A DNA stretch of 29,186 nucleotides from a virus (IMGVR_UViG_3300037465_000028:1-29186), one strand, 5' to 3'; counted from the first letter of the stretch, positions 7,304 to 16,724 are shown. The notes: generated from the sequence alone by a model not told the origin. Translations and numbers: made by a program.

Positions 7304-9448
7304 TTATTCGCCGCCAATCTTCTCCGGCCTCACATAGCATCTGCAACGGGGGTGTAATGCGCCTCCCCACACATCATCATAATCCAATTGTAGCACACCA
7401 CCCTCTCCTCCCCTAACCAATGCTCCCTTCTTAAAAAACGGGTCATCCACGCTAATCTCCCTTCCGTTCATCGGTGCGCAAAACTGGCATACCCGCTCAT
7501 CTTCCGCAGTATACCACCTTACCGTCTCTACCACCCCGCTTTCCTTCATTCCCTCCCTAATCGCCAAATTCGCCACCCTAAACGTCTCTGTATCCGCCAC
7601 CATCTCCGCCCTGCCATCGCCCACGCTCCCCGCTATCTCCTCCTTCAGCTTTTCCCCAATATCCCTAATCCCTAACCCCTCCTCAATCCCCCTGCTAATC
7701 ACGCTTCGTATACTCTCAATACTCGTTGCGCTATAACTGTCCCCCAAATTCTGCAATTTCTCCGCCAACAACTTCCTCAACCTATCCGTCATCTTAAACG
7801 GCTCGCTAATCCCCAAACTATCCAAACTCGCCTGCGCCTCCTTTTCAAACAATTCAAACATTACCGGCCTGCTCACATCAATCACCAACTCCACCAATCC
7901 TTCGCCTTCGCCGCTCAACAAGTCCTTCGTGGTAATCCGACTCAATACTCTATTCTCGCTAATCAGGGTATCCAAATTCTCCTTCACTTCTTTCCACAGC
8001 TTTCCGTTCACTCCCTTTATCTTACTCTCCATCAGCTTCGTATACTTGCTCACCCTATTCACAAATGCTTTATGCCTCAACCCCTCCAAATCCAACCCGT
8101 CAATAACCTTCTTCACGCCATCCACAATATCCTGTTTCGTTTTATCCAATACTTCCCTCCTAAACATATAATTCTTTTTCAGCATTCTCTTACCCATCGC
8201 TACCGGCCTCCCGCCCTTCCCCTTCTCGGCTTTTTTCACCTCGCCCAACGCCTGCAAAGCGAAATTATAAAACACCACATCCCCGCCCTCTACTGGTTCC
8301 AATCCCTGCCCTTCTCTTACCTCATTCACCGTCATATATGGCGACGTCCCCAACCCAGCCGCAATCTTCTTTAATTCCAACTCTATATCTTCCGGCACGG
8401 GGCTTACAAAATCCAAAAACAAATCCTCCCCGTATCTCGGCACCAAAAATTCATTCAAACTGTCTACCAGCTTTTCCATCCTCGGCTTAATCGTCCTCAA
8501 CGCATACACGAAATTCGTGGCCTCCGCATTCGCCCTGTTCACCTCATCCGTAATCCCCAACCTTGTTCTCGGCACGCCGAACGCACTCAAAATCTTATTT
8601 TGAAATCTCTCGTCCAAAGTTCCGAAATCCATATCTTTCATATCACCCGCCAATTTCACCACCTCCAATCCCGCAGGTATCACCCCTATATTATGGGCGT
8701 TCGCAACCCCTTTATGTTCCTCTTTCCACTCCTCTTTTTTTCTCGTTACGTTAGCCGCTTGCGCCGGAAACTTGCTTTGCAACGCAAATTGCGGCACCGC
8801 ATTATTCTTAAAAAACGCCCTATTCCAATCCGTAGCGTTTATCTCCGCTTCAATCCATTCATACGCACCCTCCACGACGCTATACCCCTTCCTCGGATTA
8901 AACGGGTCGGTGTCCTTAAAATAAATCACACTCTCCGTCTCCAAATTTTTCTTAATCGCAACATTCTCCCCGCCTTCGCTATACGCCCAGCCCACAATCA
9001 TCCCGTCGTTGTCATACTTCGGTATCATTCCGTTCGGCATCAGCGGCAAAATCCTTTCTTTCCCTTTTTCCTTATTCAATTCCCAATATGCCTCTCCGAA
9101 AATATCCAAATGCTTGCTCCACAATTCCACTACATCCTTCTTCGTCATATTCTCATTCATCCCGTACAGCAAATCCAGCAATTCGTGGCTCTTTAATTCC
9201 TCCTCCACGTCTCCTTCGGCGCTCAAACGATACAGCTTGAACTCAATCGTTCCCACATCCTGCGCCCTCGCATTGACGCACGAAAACACCCATCCCCTAT
9301 ACAAATCCCTCAAATACGTTGCGCTCAATTTCCTTCTCCCCAAACTAAATCCGATAGTCGGCAAGCTAATCAAATTCACCCACTCCGCCTTCCCCGTAGG
9401 CACAAAAAACTTTCTATTCGCCCACCACCTTTTTACTGCTTCAAACAT
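7304..9448 (-). CDS. portal protein (HK97 type) fused to a Mu gpF/SPP1 gp7-like head morphogenesis domain
   Basis: 714 aa; portal motifs HLDIFGEAY, FFKNNAVP, ILSAFGVP, NRANAE, MTVNEVR; C-terminal WYTAEDERVCQFC and LHPRCRC. Confidence 0.9.
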   Translation of the reverse strand: MFEAVKRWWANRKFFVPTGKAEWVNLISLPTIGFSLGRRKLSATYLRDLYRGWVFSCVNARAQDVGTIEFKLYRLSAEGDVEEELKSHELLDLLYGMNENMTKKDVVELWSKHLDIFGEAYWELNKEKGKERILPLMPNGMIPKYDNDGMIVGWAYSEGGENVAIKKNLETESVIYFKDTDPFNPRKGYSVVEGAYEWIEAEINATDWNRAFFKNNAVPQFALQSKFPAQAANVTRKKEEWKEEHKGVANAHNIGVIPAGLEVVKLAGDMKDMDFGTLDERFQNKILSAFGVPRTRLGITDEVNRANAEATNFVYALRTIKPRMEKLVDSLNEFLVPRYGEDLFLDFVSPVPEDIELELKKIAAGLGTSPYMTVNEVREGQGLEPVEGGDVVFYNFALQALGEVKKAEKGKGGRPVAMGKRMLKKNYMFRREVLDKTKQDIVDGVKKVIDGLDLEGLRHKAFVNRVSKYTKLMESKIKGVNGKLWKEVKENLDTLISENRVLSRITTKDLLSGEGEGLVELVIDVSRPVMFELFEKEAQASLDSLGISEPFKMTDRLRKLLAEKLQNLGDSYSATSIESIRSVISRGIEEGLGIRDIGEKLKEEIAGSVGDGRAEMVADTETFRVANLAIREGMKESGVVETVRWYTAEDERVCQFCAPMNGREISVDDPFFKKGALVRGGEGGVLQLDYDDVWGGALHPRCRCYVRPEKIGGE

Positions 9449-9483
9449 ATTTCCTTTTCGTTTTAGCCAACGGCCTTTTAATT

Positions 9484-9492
9484 ATTATAGCA
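9484..9492 (-). promoter_or_regulatory. extended -10 promoter TGCTATAAT upstream of portal
   Basis: Consensus match in the TerL-portal intergenic region. Confidence 0.6.
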
Positions 9493-9501
9493 TACATCCT
9501 C

Positions 9502-11043
9502 TTACAACCCCAGCGCACTTCTCGGAATATAAGTAATCTCCTGCTTCTGCAATCCCCACCTACTCACTCCCAATAATAATATCACCAAAGCGTCCATTAA
9601 ATCATCGTGGGCTTCCACCCCAAATCCCGTCAGTTGGATAATCAAATCTTCCGCTCCCTCCCTCGGAAACAACACCTGCCCGTTCGCTATTAAATTGCTC
9701 ACGCTAAACAACCTCGCCCGTTTATCCTTCCCGCCCGGTTTAATCCCCATCGCAGGCAACAACCTTCTCCCCATCTCCTCAATGGCGGCCTTCTGATACG
9801 CCACCTCCTCCACAAACAGTTGCGTAGCCGTCCCGTCCCCCAACCCAACGCTAATACTCCCCGCCGTGTCAATCGTTTCGTGAAACCCCAGCCGCTCATT
9901 TACCATATTCGGCAAAATATAAATCTTAAAACTATCGTCATTCATCATATACACCTTTGCGCTCACCATCGCCGTATAATCAGCGTCCTCCTTCTTGCTA
10001 ATCGCCAAATCAATCCCCGTTGCGATATACACCAATTCCCCTTCCGCCTTATCCCCATCCTCAATCGGTAATCTGTCCCAATACTTAATCCAGCCGTCTT
10101 TAATCACCTGCCCCTCCTCCGGCACCATCTTTAACATATACTCTCTCTGCCACGTCCTCACATCCGCCACTTTCCTTTTTTCTTTTTCAATTTCTTTCTC
10201 ATCCCTAAATTTCCCCGGCCACAAAATCTCGCCGCCCTTCAAAATCGGGTATTCCCTTATCACGCCATCCCTTACCCCATTCAAAACTTCCCTCATAATT
10301 CTCGCCATCAACCCGTCCGAATGCAGCAAATTTCCCACTAAAACATATTTTGTTTTTCCCTTCGCTCCTGCAGGTATCACCACGCTCGTCCACCATCTAT
10401 ACACTTTATCTCTTTGCTCCTTATTCCTCACCATCTCATCGTTCTCAATATCATCCCCCACAATCAAATCCGGCCTAAACTGCTTATGCCTTACTCCTCT
10501 AATCGGTTGTCCCGTGCTTCTCGCCATAATCCGACAATCATATCTCGGCACCAAAATGCTCCGCTTCGTCCATTCATCGCTCGCTCTCTCCATTCCCGCA
10601 ATCGTCTTTTCCTCAATTTTCACATCAAATGCCCCCCAATCTTTTATCAGCTTCTCGTTCATTTCCAGTTCGCTCTTAATATTCTCAATATGCAACTTAA
10701 TCTGCTCAAAAGTATCCCCCAGCAACAAAATCAAATGCGCTTTCCCCGTAATCATCGCCCATATCGGCAACGCCAATACCGCCCACACGCTCTTAGCGCT
10801 TTCCCTAAATCCCAGAATCTCCACAAACTTATTCTCCCAATCAGCCAAAACCTGCGCCATATCTCTATGCATAGGCGCCATCGGATACTCAATATACTTC
10901 TCAAAATAGGTCGCAAAAAACCAATAAAAACTTTCCCGTGTTATCTGTTTCCTAAAACTCACGTCCCTCAAAATCCTTTCTATAATTTCCTCCTCCCTAT
11001 TTTGCAACCCCAACCTCGCTTTTTGTATGGTCGTCTGCTCCAT
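9502..11043 (-). CDS. terL: terminase large subunit
   Basis: 513 aa; GFRESAKS (Walker A-like), LIVGDDIE (Walker B), GIDLA and HDDLMDAL nuclease motifs; directly upstream of portal. Confidence 0.92.
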   Translation of the reverse strand: MEQTTIQKARLGLQNREEEIIERILRDVSFRKQITRESFYWFFATYFEKYIEYPMAPMHRDMAQVLADWENKFVEILGFRESAKSVWAVLALPIWAMITGKAHLILLLGDTFEQIKLHIENIKSELEMNEKLIKDWGAFDVKIEEKTIAGMERASDEWTKRSILVPRYDCRIMARSTGQPIRGVRHKQFRPDLIVGDDIENDEMVRNKEQRDKVYRWWTSVVIPAGAKGKTKYVLVGNLLHSDGLMARIMREVLNGVRDGVIREYPILKGGEILWPGKFRDEKEIEKEKRKVADVRTWQREYMLKMVPEEGQVIKDGWIKYWDRLPIEDGDKAEGELVYIATGIDLAISKKEDADYTAMVSAKVYMMNDDSFKIYILPNMVNERLGFHETIDTAGSISVGLGDGTATQLFVEEVAYQKAAIEEMGRRLLPAMGIKPGGKDKRARLFSVSNLIANGQVLFPREGAEDLIIQLTGFGVEAHDDLMDALVILLLGVSRWGLQKQEITYIPRSALGL

Positions 11044-11524
11044 AAATTTTTTCCGGCAACGCCAAAATTAGCGCCGCCTCTGCCAACCTCCTTCCTTCCT
11101 CGTCAAGCGGCTTCACATCCTCCATCCCCACCCCAATCTTCAACTTGCCCAGCTTCCTTTCAAAAATCCCGGCATCAAACATTCTTTCAAAAATCTCCAC
11201 ATCGGCCTTTATAATCGCTTTTGCCGCTCCAATCTTGTCGCTGTCCCTCGCCATCGGGTCAGTCATCACTCCCCACAAATGCCGCTTCACTTCCTTCATT
11301 TCATTCATAAACATCCCTATTACCCTATTCACCCGCCATTGCTCCATTCTCCCTTCCCTTCTCCTTAACTTATCCACAATCCTTCCCACATAATGCCTAT
11401 CCAATTTCAATCCCTTTGCTCCAAGCATTTCAGTAATTTTCACCACGCTCAAATCAGGGTCTTTCACCAATACCCTCCTCACCCTTACCAAGTGTTCATA
11501 CTGTTTATCGTCCGAATATTTCAT
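10997..11524 (-). CDS. probable terminase small subunit
   Basis: 175 aa, helical with an HTH-like N-terminus, overlapping the terL start; mainly positional. Confidence 0.6.
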   Translation of the reverse strand: MKYSDDKQYEHLVRVRRVLVKDPDLSVVKITEMLGAKGLKLDRHYVGRIVDKLRRREGRMEQWRVNRVIGMFMNEMKEVKRHLWGVMTDPMARDSDKIGAAKAIIKADVEIFERMFDAGIFERKLGKLKIGVGMEDVKPLDEEGRRLAEAALILALPEKIYGADDHTKSEVGVAK

Positions 11525-11544
11525 ATCCCCTTCTAAGTTGGCGC

Positions 11545-12588
11545 TTATTGGCTGTTGTTCTTTTCAAAAACCAATATTGGCTCTTCCTTAAATTTCCTTT
11601 TAATTCCCGGCATTTTGCTCATCTCCATACGCCTTTTCCCGATAAACTCCAATCCACACCCCATTCCGGCCTTTAATGCCTCCTCCTCCAAATTATAAAC
11701 ATCTTTTCCAATCTTTACATCAGCGATATTTACCGCCAACTTTCCTCCCGCCTTTACCTTTTTTGCCGCTATCCTCATCATCGGTTCCAAAAATCCTTCA
11801 ATCCACGCCCTAAACGCAGGATACCGCCTATAGCTTTGGTTTTCGTCCAAACTATATAATTCCTTCTTAAAATACGGTGGGCTGGTAAAAGCGAAATCAA
11901 AATATCCATCTTCCAAATCCCCGTCGCAATCCTCAAACGGCTTATTCAACAAACTTATTCGTCCCTCGCATTTCAAAAAGTCCTTAATCTTTATCAACCC
12001 TTCAAATGCCTCTTTGCTTGGGTCTATTCCGCAATAAAAATAGTTCCTCTTGCTCGCCATACATCCAACCAACCTTCCCCCAAATCCAGCGCTCATATCC
12101 AATATATTCCCTCCGTCAATTGGGCAAAACTCCTCATATATCGCCTTCGCCACCGCAGGCATAAAATTCCCCAAACCCTGCGTTCCGCCCACCATCCTTC
12201 CTAATTCAAAAAATTCGCTCACTCCGATATTCACCCTCCTCGCCAGCTTAATAACCTTATGGAATACCCGCCTTAACTGCTTCTCGTCCCGAAAACTTTC
12301 CAACACGGTCTTCCTCTCGCTCACCCTTAACCCAAACCTGAAATTCATAAAATAATTAGCCACACTCACCCCCGTATTGCTTTTCAAAATCCAATCTCTC
12401 ACCACCAACTTCTTTCCATTCAACGCCCTTAAATGCGCCCAGTCATTCTTCACTCGCTCCACGCTCGGCCTATAATCGTTCAGCAATTCCCCATCCTTCA
12501 TTCCCCTCATTTGCGCCAACGCAAATCCAAACGCCTCATCTTCGCCGTTAAAATAACCCACCTTTCCCGCTAAATTTACCCTAATCAT
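11545..12588 (-). CDS. amino-DNA methyltransferase (N4-C or N6-A)
   Basis: 347 aa; SAM-binding ILDMSAGFGG precedes catalytic FTSPPY. Confidence 0.85.
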   Translation of the reverse strand: MIRVNLAGKVGYFNGEDEAFGFALAQMRGMKDGELLNDYRPSVERVKNDWAHLRALNGKKLVVRDWILKSNTGVSVANYFMNFRFGLRVSERKTVLESFRDEKQLRRVFHKVIKLARRVNIGVSEFFELGRMVGGTQGLGNFMPAVAKAIYEEFCPIDGGNILDMSAGFGGRLVGCMASKRNYFYCGIDPSKEAFEGLIKIKDFLKCEGRISLLNKPFEDCDGDLEDGYFDFAFTSPPYFKKELYSLDENQSYRRYPAFRAWIEGFLEPMMRIAAKKVKAGGKLAVNIADVKIGKDVYNLEEEALKAGMGCGLEFIGKRRMEMSKMPGIKRKFKEEPILVFEKNNSQ

Positions 12589-12776
12589 AATATTCCTTCT
12601 TCATCTCCATCGTCGTCCTCATCCTCATACAATTCCCAATTATCCCTCGCCCATAAAATAAAATTCGTCAATGCCAACGTCATTTTGCCCCTTTCCTTAC
12701 TCTCTCCTTTCGGCCACTCCTGCTCAATGTAGTCCGGCAACATCCCTTTTAGCGTGTTAAAAACTTTATTCTCCAT
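12585..12776 (-). CDS. hypothetical protein, 63 aa with acidic tail
   Basis: Overlaps both neighbours on the coding strand. Confidence 0.65.
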   Translation of the reverse strand: MENKVFNTLKGMLPDYIEQEWPKGESKERGKMTLALTNFILWARDNWELYEDEDDDGDEEGIL

Positions 12777-13335
12777 TGCCTGTTATGTCTTTAATAAAAC
12801 TTTGCAGGCCGCCCTTTTCCTCAATAATCTTTTTCAGTTTCTCGTATGTTTCCGCCTCAATCTCGCCAGTTAAATCCCCAATCCTTACCCAACTATTTAT
12901 CGTCCCCAATGCGTAATCCTCAAATTCGTCATCTTGGTAGTCCTCAAAAAAAATATTCTTCTCAATATCCACTTCGCTAAACCCCACATCCTTCAACATA
13001 TCCTCGTCAAACTGCTTCAACAGTTCCCAGTCCCAATCGCCCAAATTCTTATTCAGTCGCAAATTCAATTCTTTTTCTTTCGCTTCATCCGGTATATTCA
13101 CATATACCACGGGTACCGTTTCCATCCCCAAATCCTTCGCAACCTTCAATCTAAAATGTCCTCCAATCACAATATTCCGCCTATTCTCTGCGGAATTTAC
13201 CAGTATCGGGTCTACCATCCCAAATCGCTTCACGCTCTCCGTCAAATCCCTCACGGCGTCCTCGCTCCACTTTCTCGGATTATAAGGGGCTGGGTTTAAT
13301 TCGCTTATTTTTACCTCCGTAATCTCCTTTGCCAT
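12766..13335 (-). CDS. ParB/Srx N-terminal domain protein
   Basis: 189 aa; LNPAPYNPRK, SVKRFGMVDPILV, IGGHFRL, LNLRLNK; usual ParB-MTase-terminase synteny. Confidence 0.88.
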   Translation of the reverse strand: MAKEITEVKISELNPAPYNPRKWSEDAVRDLTESVKRFGMVDPILVNSAENRRNIVIGGHFRLKVAKDLGMETVPVVYVNIPDEAKEKELNLRLNKNLGDWDWELLKQFDEDMLKDVGFSEVDIEKNIFFEDYQDDEFEDYALGTINSWVRIGDLTGEIEAETYEKLKKIIEEKGGLQSFIKDITGNGE

Positions 13336-13348
13336 AATCTTTTTGGAG

Positions 13349-13370
13349 GCGGGAGGTTATCCTCTCCCGC
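13349..13370 (-). other. GC-rich hairpin between the KH gene and the ParB-N gene
   Basis: GCGGGAG-8 nt-CTCCCGC directly after the KH stop codon; no U-tract. Confidence 0.5.
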
Positions 13371-13604
13371 TTAAAAATTCAATTTCACGCTCGCTCGCTC
13401 TTTCTCCTTCCCGCCAACCACTCGCACCAAACTCCTAATGGCATTCGCTACTTCTCCTTTCCTCCCAATCACCGCACCCCTATCCTTCTCCCCCACATCC
13501 ACCACATACAAAGTTCCCCGCTCATCAACCTTCCGCTCCACCCGCACGGCGTCCGGCTCGTCCACAATTCCCCTTATTACTGCTTCAATGTATTCTTTAA
13601 CCAT
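13371..13604 (-). CDS. khpA: KhpA/YlqC-like single KH-domain RNA-binding protein, 77 aa
   Basis: MVKEYIEAVIRGIVDEPDAV...DRGAVIGRKGEVANAIRSLV; GxxG loop and length match the UPF0109 family; start moved to ATG at 13604. Confidence 0.88.
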   Translation of the reverse strand: MVKEYIEAVIRGIVDEPDAVRVERKVDERGTLYVVDVGEKDRGAVIGRKGEVANAIRSLVRVVGGKEKERASVKLNF

Positions 13605-13608
13605 AATT

Positions 13609-13989
13609 TTATGCCCTAAATTGGATGCTGTAAGTGTTATTCTTCGCCTCAAAATTCCTCACAAACTTTTTCCATTCGCCTAGCACTTCCCAAAACGGCG
13701 TCTTGCTGTTTACCACAATATCAATAAATGCGCTGGCACTCTCTTGGTTAGTCACCTCGTTCTGGAAAATGTAACTCCGAAAATTCACATATCCGCTCCC
13801 CATCACAATCTTTATATCCAACCCGTCCTCCAGCTTCACAGAAAACACCTGCTTTACATCCTCTCTTAAATTCCCAGCTAATTCCTCCACCAATGCCTTA
13901 ATGTAATCGGCGCTTAACAGAGCTTCTTTATTGCCCACGTTAAATACCTTCCCCATCAAATGCACGGCTTGGTCGTTAAATGTAGCCAT
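13609..13989 (-). CDS. hypothetical protein, 126 aa
   Basis: Packed ORF on the coding strand. Confidence 0.7.
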   Translation of the reverse strand: MATFNDQAVHLMGKVFNVGNKEALLSADYIKALVEELAGNLREDVKQVFSVKLEDGLDIKIVMGSGYVNFRSYIFQNEVTNQESASAFIDIVVNSKTPFWEVLGEWKKFVRNFEAKNNTYSIQFRA

Positions 13990-14003
13990 AATCTCAATAT
14001 ATC

Positions 14004-14447
14004 TTATTTTATCCTATTCCAACATACCGGCCATTCGTTGTTTTTATCCACCTCTTTATCCTCAATCATACGCATTCCTATCTGCTTTTGCAATTCACAG
14101 TCAAATATCTTCGTCATCAGCCAATCATCGCCCACCTTCTCCCCGAAAAATCCGTACTTCAACCCATACCTCTTAAAGGTGGTCGGCTTAAATTGTAGGC
14201 ACCCAAAACTCGCAGTCCCATCCCTATCCACCCAGTTTATCGCCTTCTCATCTCCCCGGCTTTCGCACACCTCCAACCCATCAACCAGCTCCCTTACTTT
14301 TGTGGGTGCGTATCTCACAATCTCCGTCCCCAACCCGTCTCTCTCCACATACACTCCGTTATCCGCTCTTTTGGTAAATACCCACAACCCTCCACCGAGA
14401 AGCGCCATTAGGACTAATCCCAACAGTGCCTTTTTAGTTCCACTCAT
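14004..14447 (-). CDS. membrane-anchored lysozyme-fold transglycosylase, Rpf-like
   Basis: 147 aa; N-terminal hydrophobic helix, then CESRG, GCLQFKPTTF and WPVC as in Rpf/transglycosylase-like domains; next to a holin-like gene. Confidence 0.72.
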   Translation of the reverse strand: MSGTKKALLGLVLMALLGGGLWVFTKRADNGVYVERDGLGTEIVRYAPTKVRELVDGLEVCESRGDEKAINWVDRDGTASFGCLQFKPTTFKRYGLKYGFFGEKVGDDWLMTKIFDCELQKQIGMRMIEDKEVDKNNEWPVCWNRIK

Positions 14448-14449
14448 AG

Positions 14450-14728
14450 CTAATTGCTATTGGCGACTACTCCGGCAGCTACCAGCACCTTTTTTGGTGT
14501 TTTCGCTAAGTCAGCTAAACCGCCGAGCGCAAACGTTCCAATCACCGCTTCGTGTATGGCGAAATCCGCCACACCGAACGCTCCCAAAATCAAACCCACA
14601 ATCAAATTAAATGCGGGTATCAATGCCCTCAACACAGGGTAGCTATCTTTCGCCACCAAATACTTATACAGGTATACTGCGACAAAGTATACTGACAACA
14701 CAATTATCTGTTCCGGCGTTATTGTCAT
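14450..14728 (-). CDS. holin-like membrane protein
   Basis: 92 aa, 2-3 hydrophobic segments, adjacent to a muralytic enzyme. Confidence 0.6.
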   Translation of the reverse strand: MTITPEQIIVLSVYFVAVYLYKYLVAKDSYPVLRALIPAFNLIVGLILGAFGVADFAIHEAVIGTFALGGLADLAKTPKKVLVAAGVVANSN

Positions 14729-14774
14729 TTTTTAATTTATCTTCCTAATTCCGACCTTTCATAATCTCCTTTCC

Positions 14775-14783
14775 ATTATAGCA
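14775..14783 (-). promoter_or_regulatory. extended -10 promoter TGCTATAAT upstream of the holin-like gene
   Basis: Intergenic consensus match. Confidence 0.6.
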
Positions 14784-14786
14784 TAT

Positions 14787-15236
14787 TTACTCGTAGCTGT
14801 ATTTCACTATCAACCGCCCGAATTTAACCATAATTTCCTTCTCCTCTTGCGTCATACGGCTAAAATCAGGCGGCCTATGCATTCTCCCGGCAATCTCCGG
14901 CGGTAATTCAAAAATCACTATAACCTTCCCGCCCAGCTTCATCTTCGCAACGCTAAACGGTATAAATCCTCCCGCCTCCGCTATTGGGTTTGGAATTTTC
15001 CCGGTCTCTTTTTGAGGAAACAAATCATCCAGCGTCATTTTTCCTCTTTCCTCCTCAATCTTCTTATCCGCCTTCTCAAAAATTTCTTTCATCTTCCCCG
15101 CCAGCGCATTCACCAGCGAATTTCTAAACGGCTCGCTGTCCAGCATTTTCGCCAGCATTTCCGCCGCCTGCTCCGGCGACAACTCAACTTTTTTCTTTTT
15201 TCCTCGCTTGGTTTCTCCCATAAATTTTATGCCCAT
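14787..15236 (-). CDS. hypothetical protein, 149 aa
   Basis: Packed ORF on the coding strand. Confidence 0.7.
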   Translation of the reverse strand: MGIKFMGETKRGKKKKVELSPEQAAEMLAKMLDSEPFRNSLVNALAGKMKEIFEKADKKIEEERGKMTLDDLFPQKETGKIPNPIAEAGGFIPFSVAKMKLGGKVIVIFELPPEIAGRMHRPPDFSRMTQEEKEIMVKFGRLIVKYSYE

Positions 15237-15454
15237 TCTAAATCTTCGGGGCTTGTAGCTTCGGAAGTCGTGCCAGTTCTAATCCTTACCTGTGGTTTTA
15301 GTTGTGTATGGTAGCGGACGAAAATAAATTCTTCGTTAAAGCTGGTGATATATCCGTATTCCTCTTTATCTCCGCCCCTTGATACATACTTCACCATACG
15401 GGGTTCGCTAGCGTCCATAAACCACTTCGGCTTAATTTCTAATTGCTTAATCAT
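15227..15454 (-). CDS. hypothetical protein, 75 aa
   Basis: Packed ORF with ATGA overlap upstream. Confidence 0.7.
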   Translation of the reverse strand: MIKQLEIKPKWFMDASEPRMVKYVSRGGDKEEYGYITSFNEEFIFVRYHTQLKPQVRIRTGTTSEATSPEDLEWA

Positions 15455-15555
15455 TTTCTTTTACAATCTCCGCAAGTTTTTTCGCCCTTTTTCTTGCTCC
15501 GCTTCTGGCGGTGGCACTTCTCGCAAGTAAATTTCTCCTTTTTATTACTGCTCAT
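15451..15555 (-). CDS. 34-aa basic CxxC...CxxC zinc-finger peptide (absent from ORF track)
   Basis: MSSNKKEKFTCEKCHRQKRSKKKGEKTCGDCKRK*; ATGA overlaps with both neighbours. Confidence 0.7.
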   Translation of the reverse strand: MSSNKKEKFTCEKCHRQKRSKKKGEKTCGDCKRK

Positions 15556-16154
15556 ATTTTCTGCGGCGGCAATTTCCCTATGTCAAATAACTTATAATGC
15601 GCCCCCTTCACGTCGGGGTGGAACATTACCTTTAATCCTTTCGCCCTCGCCTTTCCGCAAAAATTCACATCCTCTCCCATAATCCACTTCCCATCCTTAT
15701 CCCTTAAAAATTCAAAATATGGGTAATCTAATGCGTCAAACACCCTCTTATAAATCAAAGTCAAGCTCATTCCCACTCCCTTCACCTCAACTGGCTTTTT
15801 CGGCGCATCCACCATAAACTCATCCCTATCCAATCTCAAAGCGTTTATAAAAACTCCTTTATTCCGGTCTATAAATTGACACCTTCCGCCTACAATATCT
15901 CCCTTCACCTTAAATAATTCCCACACGTTATTTCCCGGCACCACATCGCTATCCACAAACAGCAAAGCGTCCGCCCCGCTTTCCAAAAAACTTTTCGCAA
16001 TACTATTCCTCGCAAGTTCTACGGGCTGCACATTGTTTATAAAATTCAAACTTACGCTGTGACCTTCCGGCACCTGCGCTGGAAATCCAACCGCCCAATG
16101 CACCAAAAAGGCGTGCACCCAATCCATACTCGGTATCGCTACAAAAATTCTCAT
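15552..16154 (-). CDS. GT-A fold (GT2-like) glycosyltransferase
   Basis: 200 aa; ARNSIAKSFL, LLFVDSD (DxD), GEDVNFC and terminal His. Confidence 0.82.
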   Translation of the reverse strand: MRIFVAIPSMDWVHAFLVHWAVGFPAQVPEGHSVSLNFINNVQPVELARNSIAKSFLESGADALLFVDSDVVPGNNVWELFKVKGDIVGGRCQFIDRNKGVFINALRLDRDEFMVDAPKKPVEVKGVGMSLTLIYKRVFDALDYPYFEFLRDKDGKWIMGEDVNFCGKARAKGLKVMFHPDVKGAHYKLFDIGKLPPQKI

Positions 16155-16723
16155 TTTATTATCAACCCCAATCCTCTCGGGGTATTAAAATAAACCTTTG
16201 CGCCTGCCGTTATCCTTCCCCAAAATTCATTCATCCCTTTATGCTGTGGGGCAATATCGTGTATCGCCACCACGCCATACTCCCTCATTATACCCCACAC
16301 CAATTCCAATTCCTCCTCTCTCGTATCTATCCCGCTATCCAAAAAAATCATATCTACGCTTCTATTCGCTTTCGCCAATTCCTTAATCAAATCCCTCCCA
16401 GTTTTGTTATGCACCACCACCCGCTCAATCTTTTCCGCCGCTAATCTCTCGGTCGTTATAGTCGCCTTATCAATATACGGGTCGCAGGTGTGTAGCGTCC
16501 CAAATCCGTTTTTCATTAACGCTTTCCCAATCTCGGCGGTAGCGTCCCCCAAATAGCACCCCGTCTCCACCACCAATTCCGGCTTCAATAAATTCACCAA
16601 CCCGCCCAAAAATTCACATACCTCAACCTCCGAGGCGTAAAAGTCCCTCGCCCTCCATAATCCTATCTTCTCAATCCCTATAAGGGGGTTTTTATTCCCC
16701 GTTATTTCGCTTTCGGGCAACAT
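16151..16723 (-). CDS. class I SAM-dependent methyltransferase (Methyltransf_24-like)
   Basis: 190 aa from ATG 16723; VVETGCYLGDAT, DMIFLDS, GVVAIHD. Confidence 0.82.
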   Translation of the reverse strand: MLPESEITGNKNPLIGIEKIGLWRARDFYASEVEVCEFLGGLVNLLKPELVVETGCYLGDATAEIGKALMKNGFGTLHTCDPYIDKATITTERLAAEKIERVVVHNKTGRDLIKELAKANRSVDMIFLDSGIDTREEELELVWGIMREYGVVAIHDIAPQHKGMNEFWGRITAGAKVYFNTPRGLGLIIK

Positions 16724-16724
16724 A

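Noticed and set aside
12766-13335. ParB as evidence for a plasmid partition system
   Set aside because: Only the N-terminal domain is present, with no ParA or evident parS; ParB-N beside an MTase and terminase is common in phages
14745-14770. Five-codon uORF MKGRN after AAGGAG, upstream of the holin
   Set aside because: The SD-to-ATG spacing is only 3 nt and the ORF largely coincides with the leader motif; no other support
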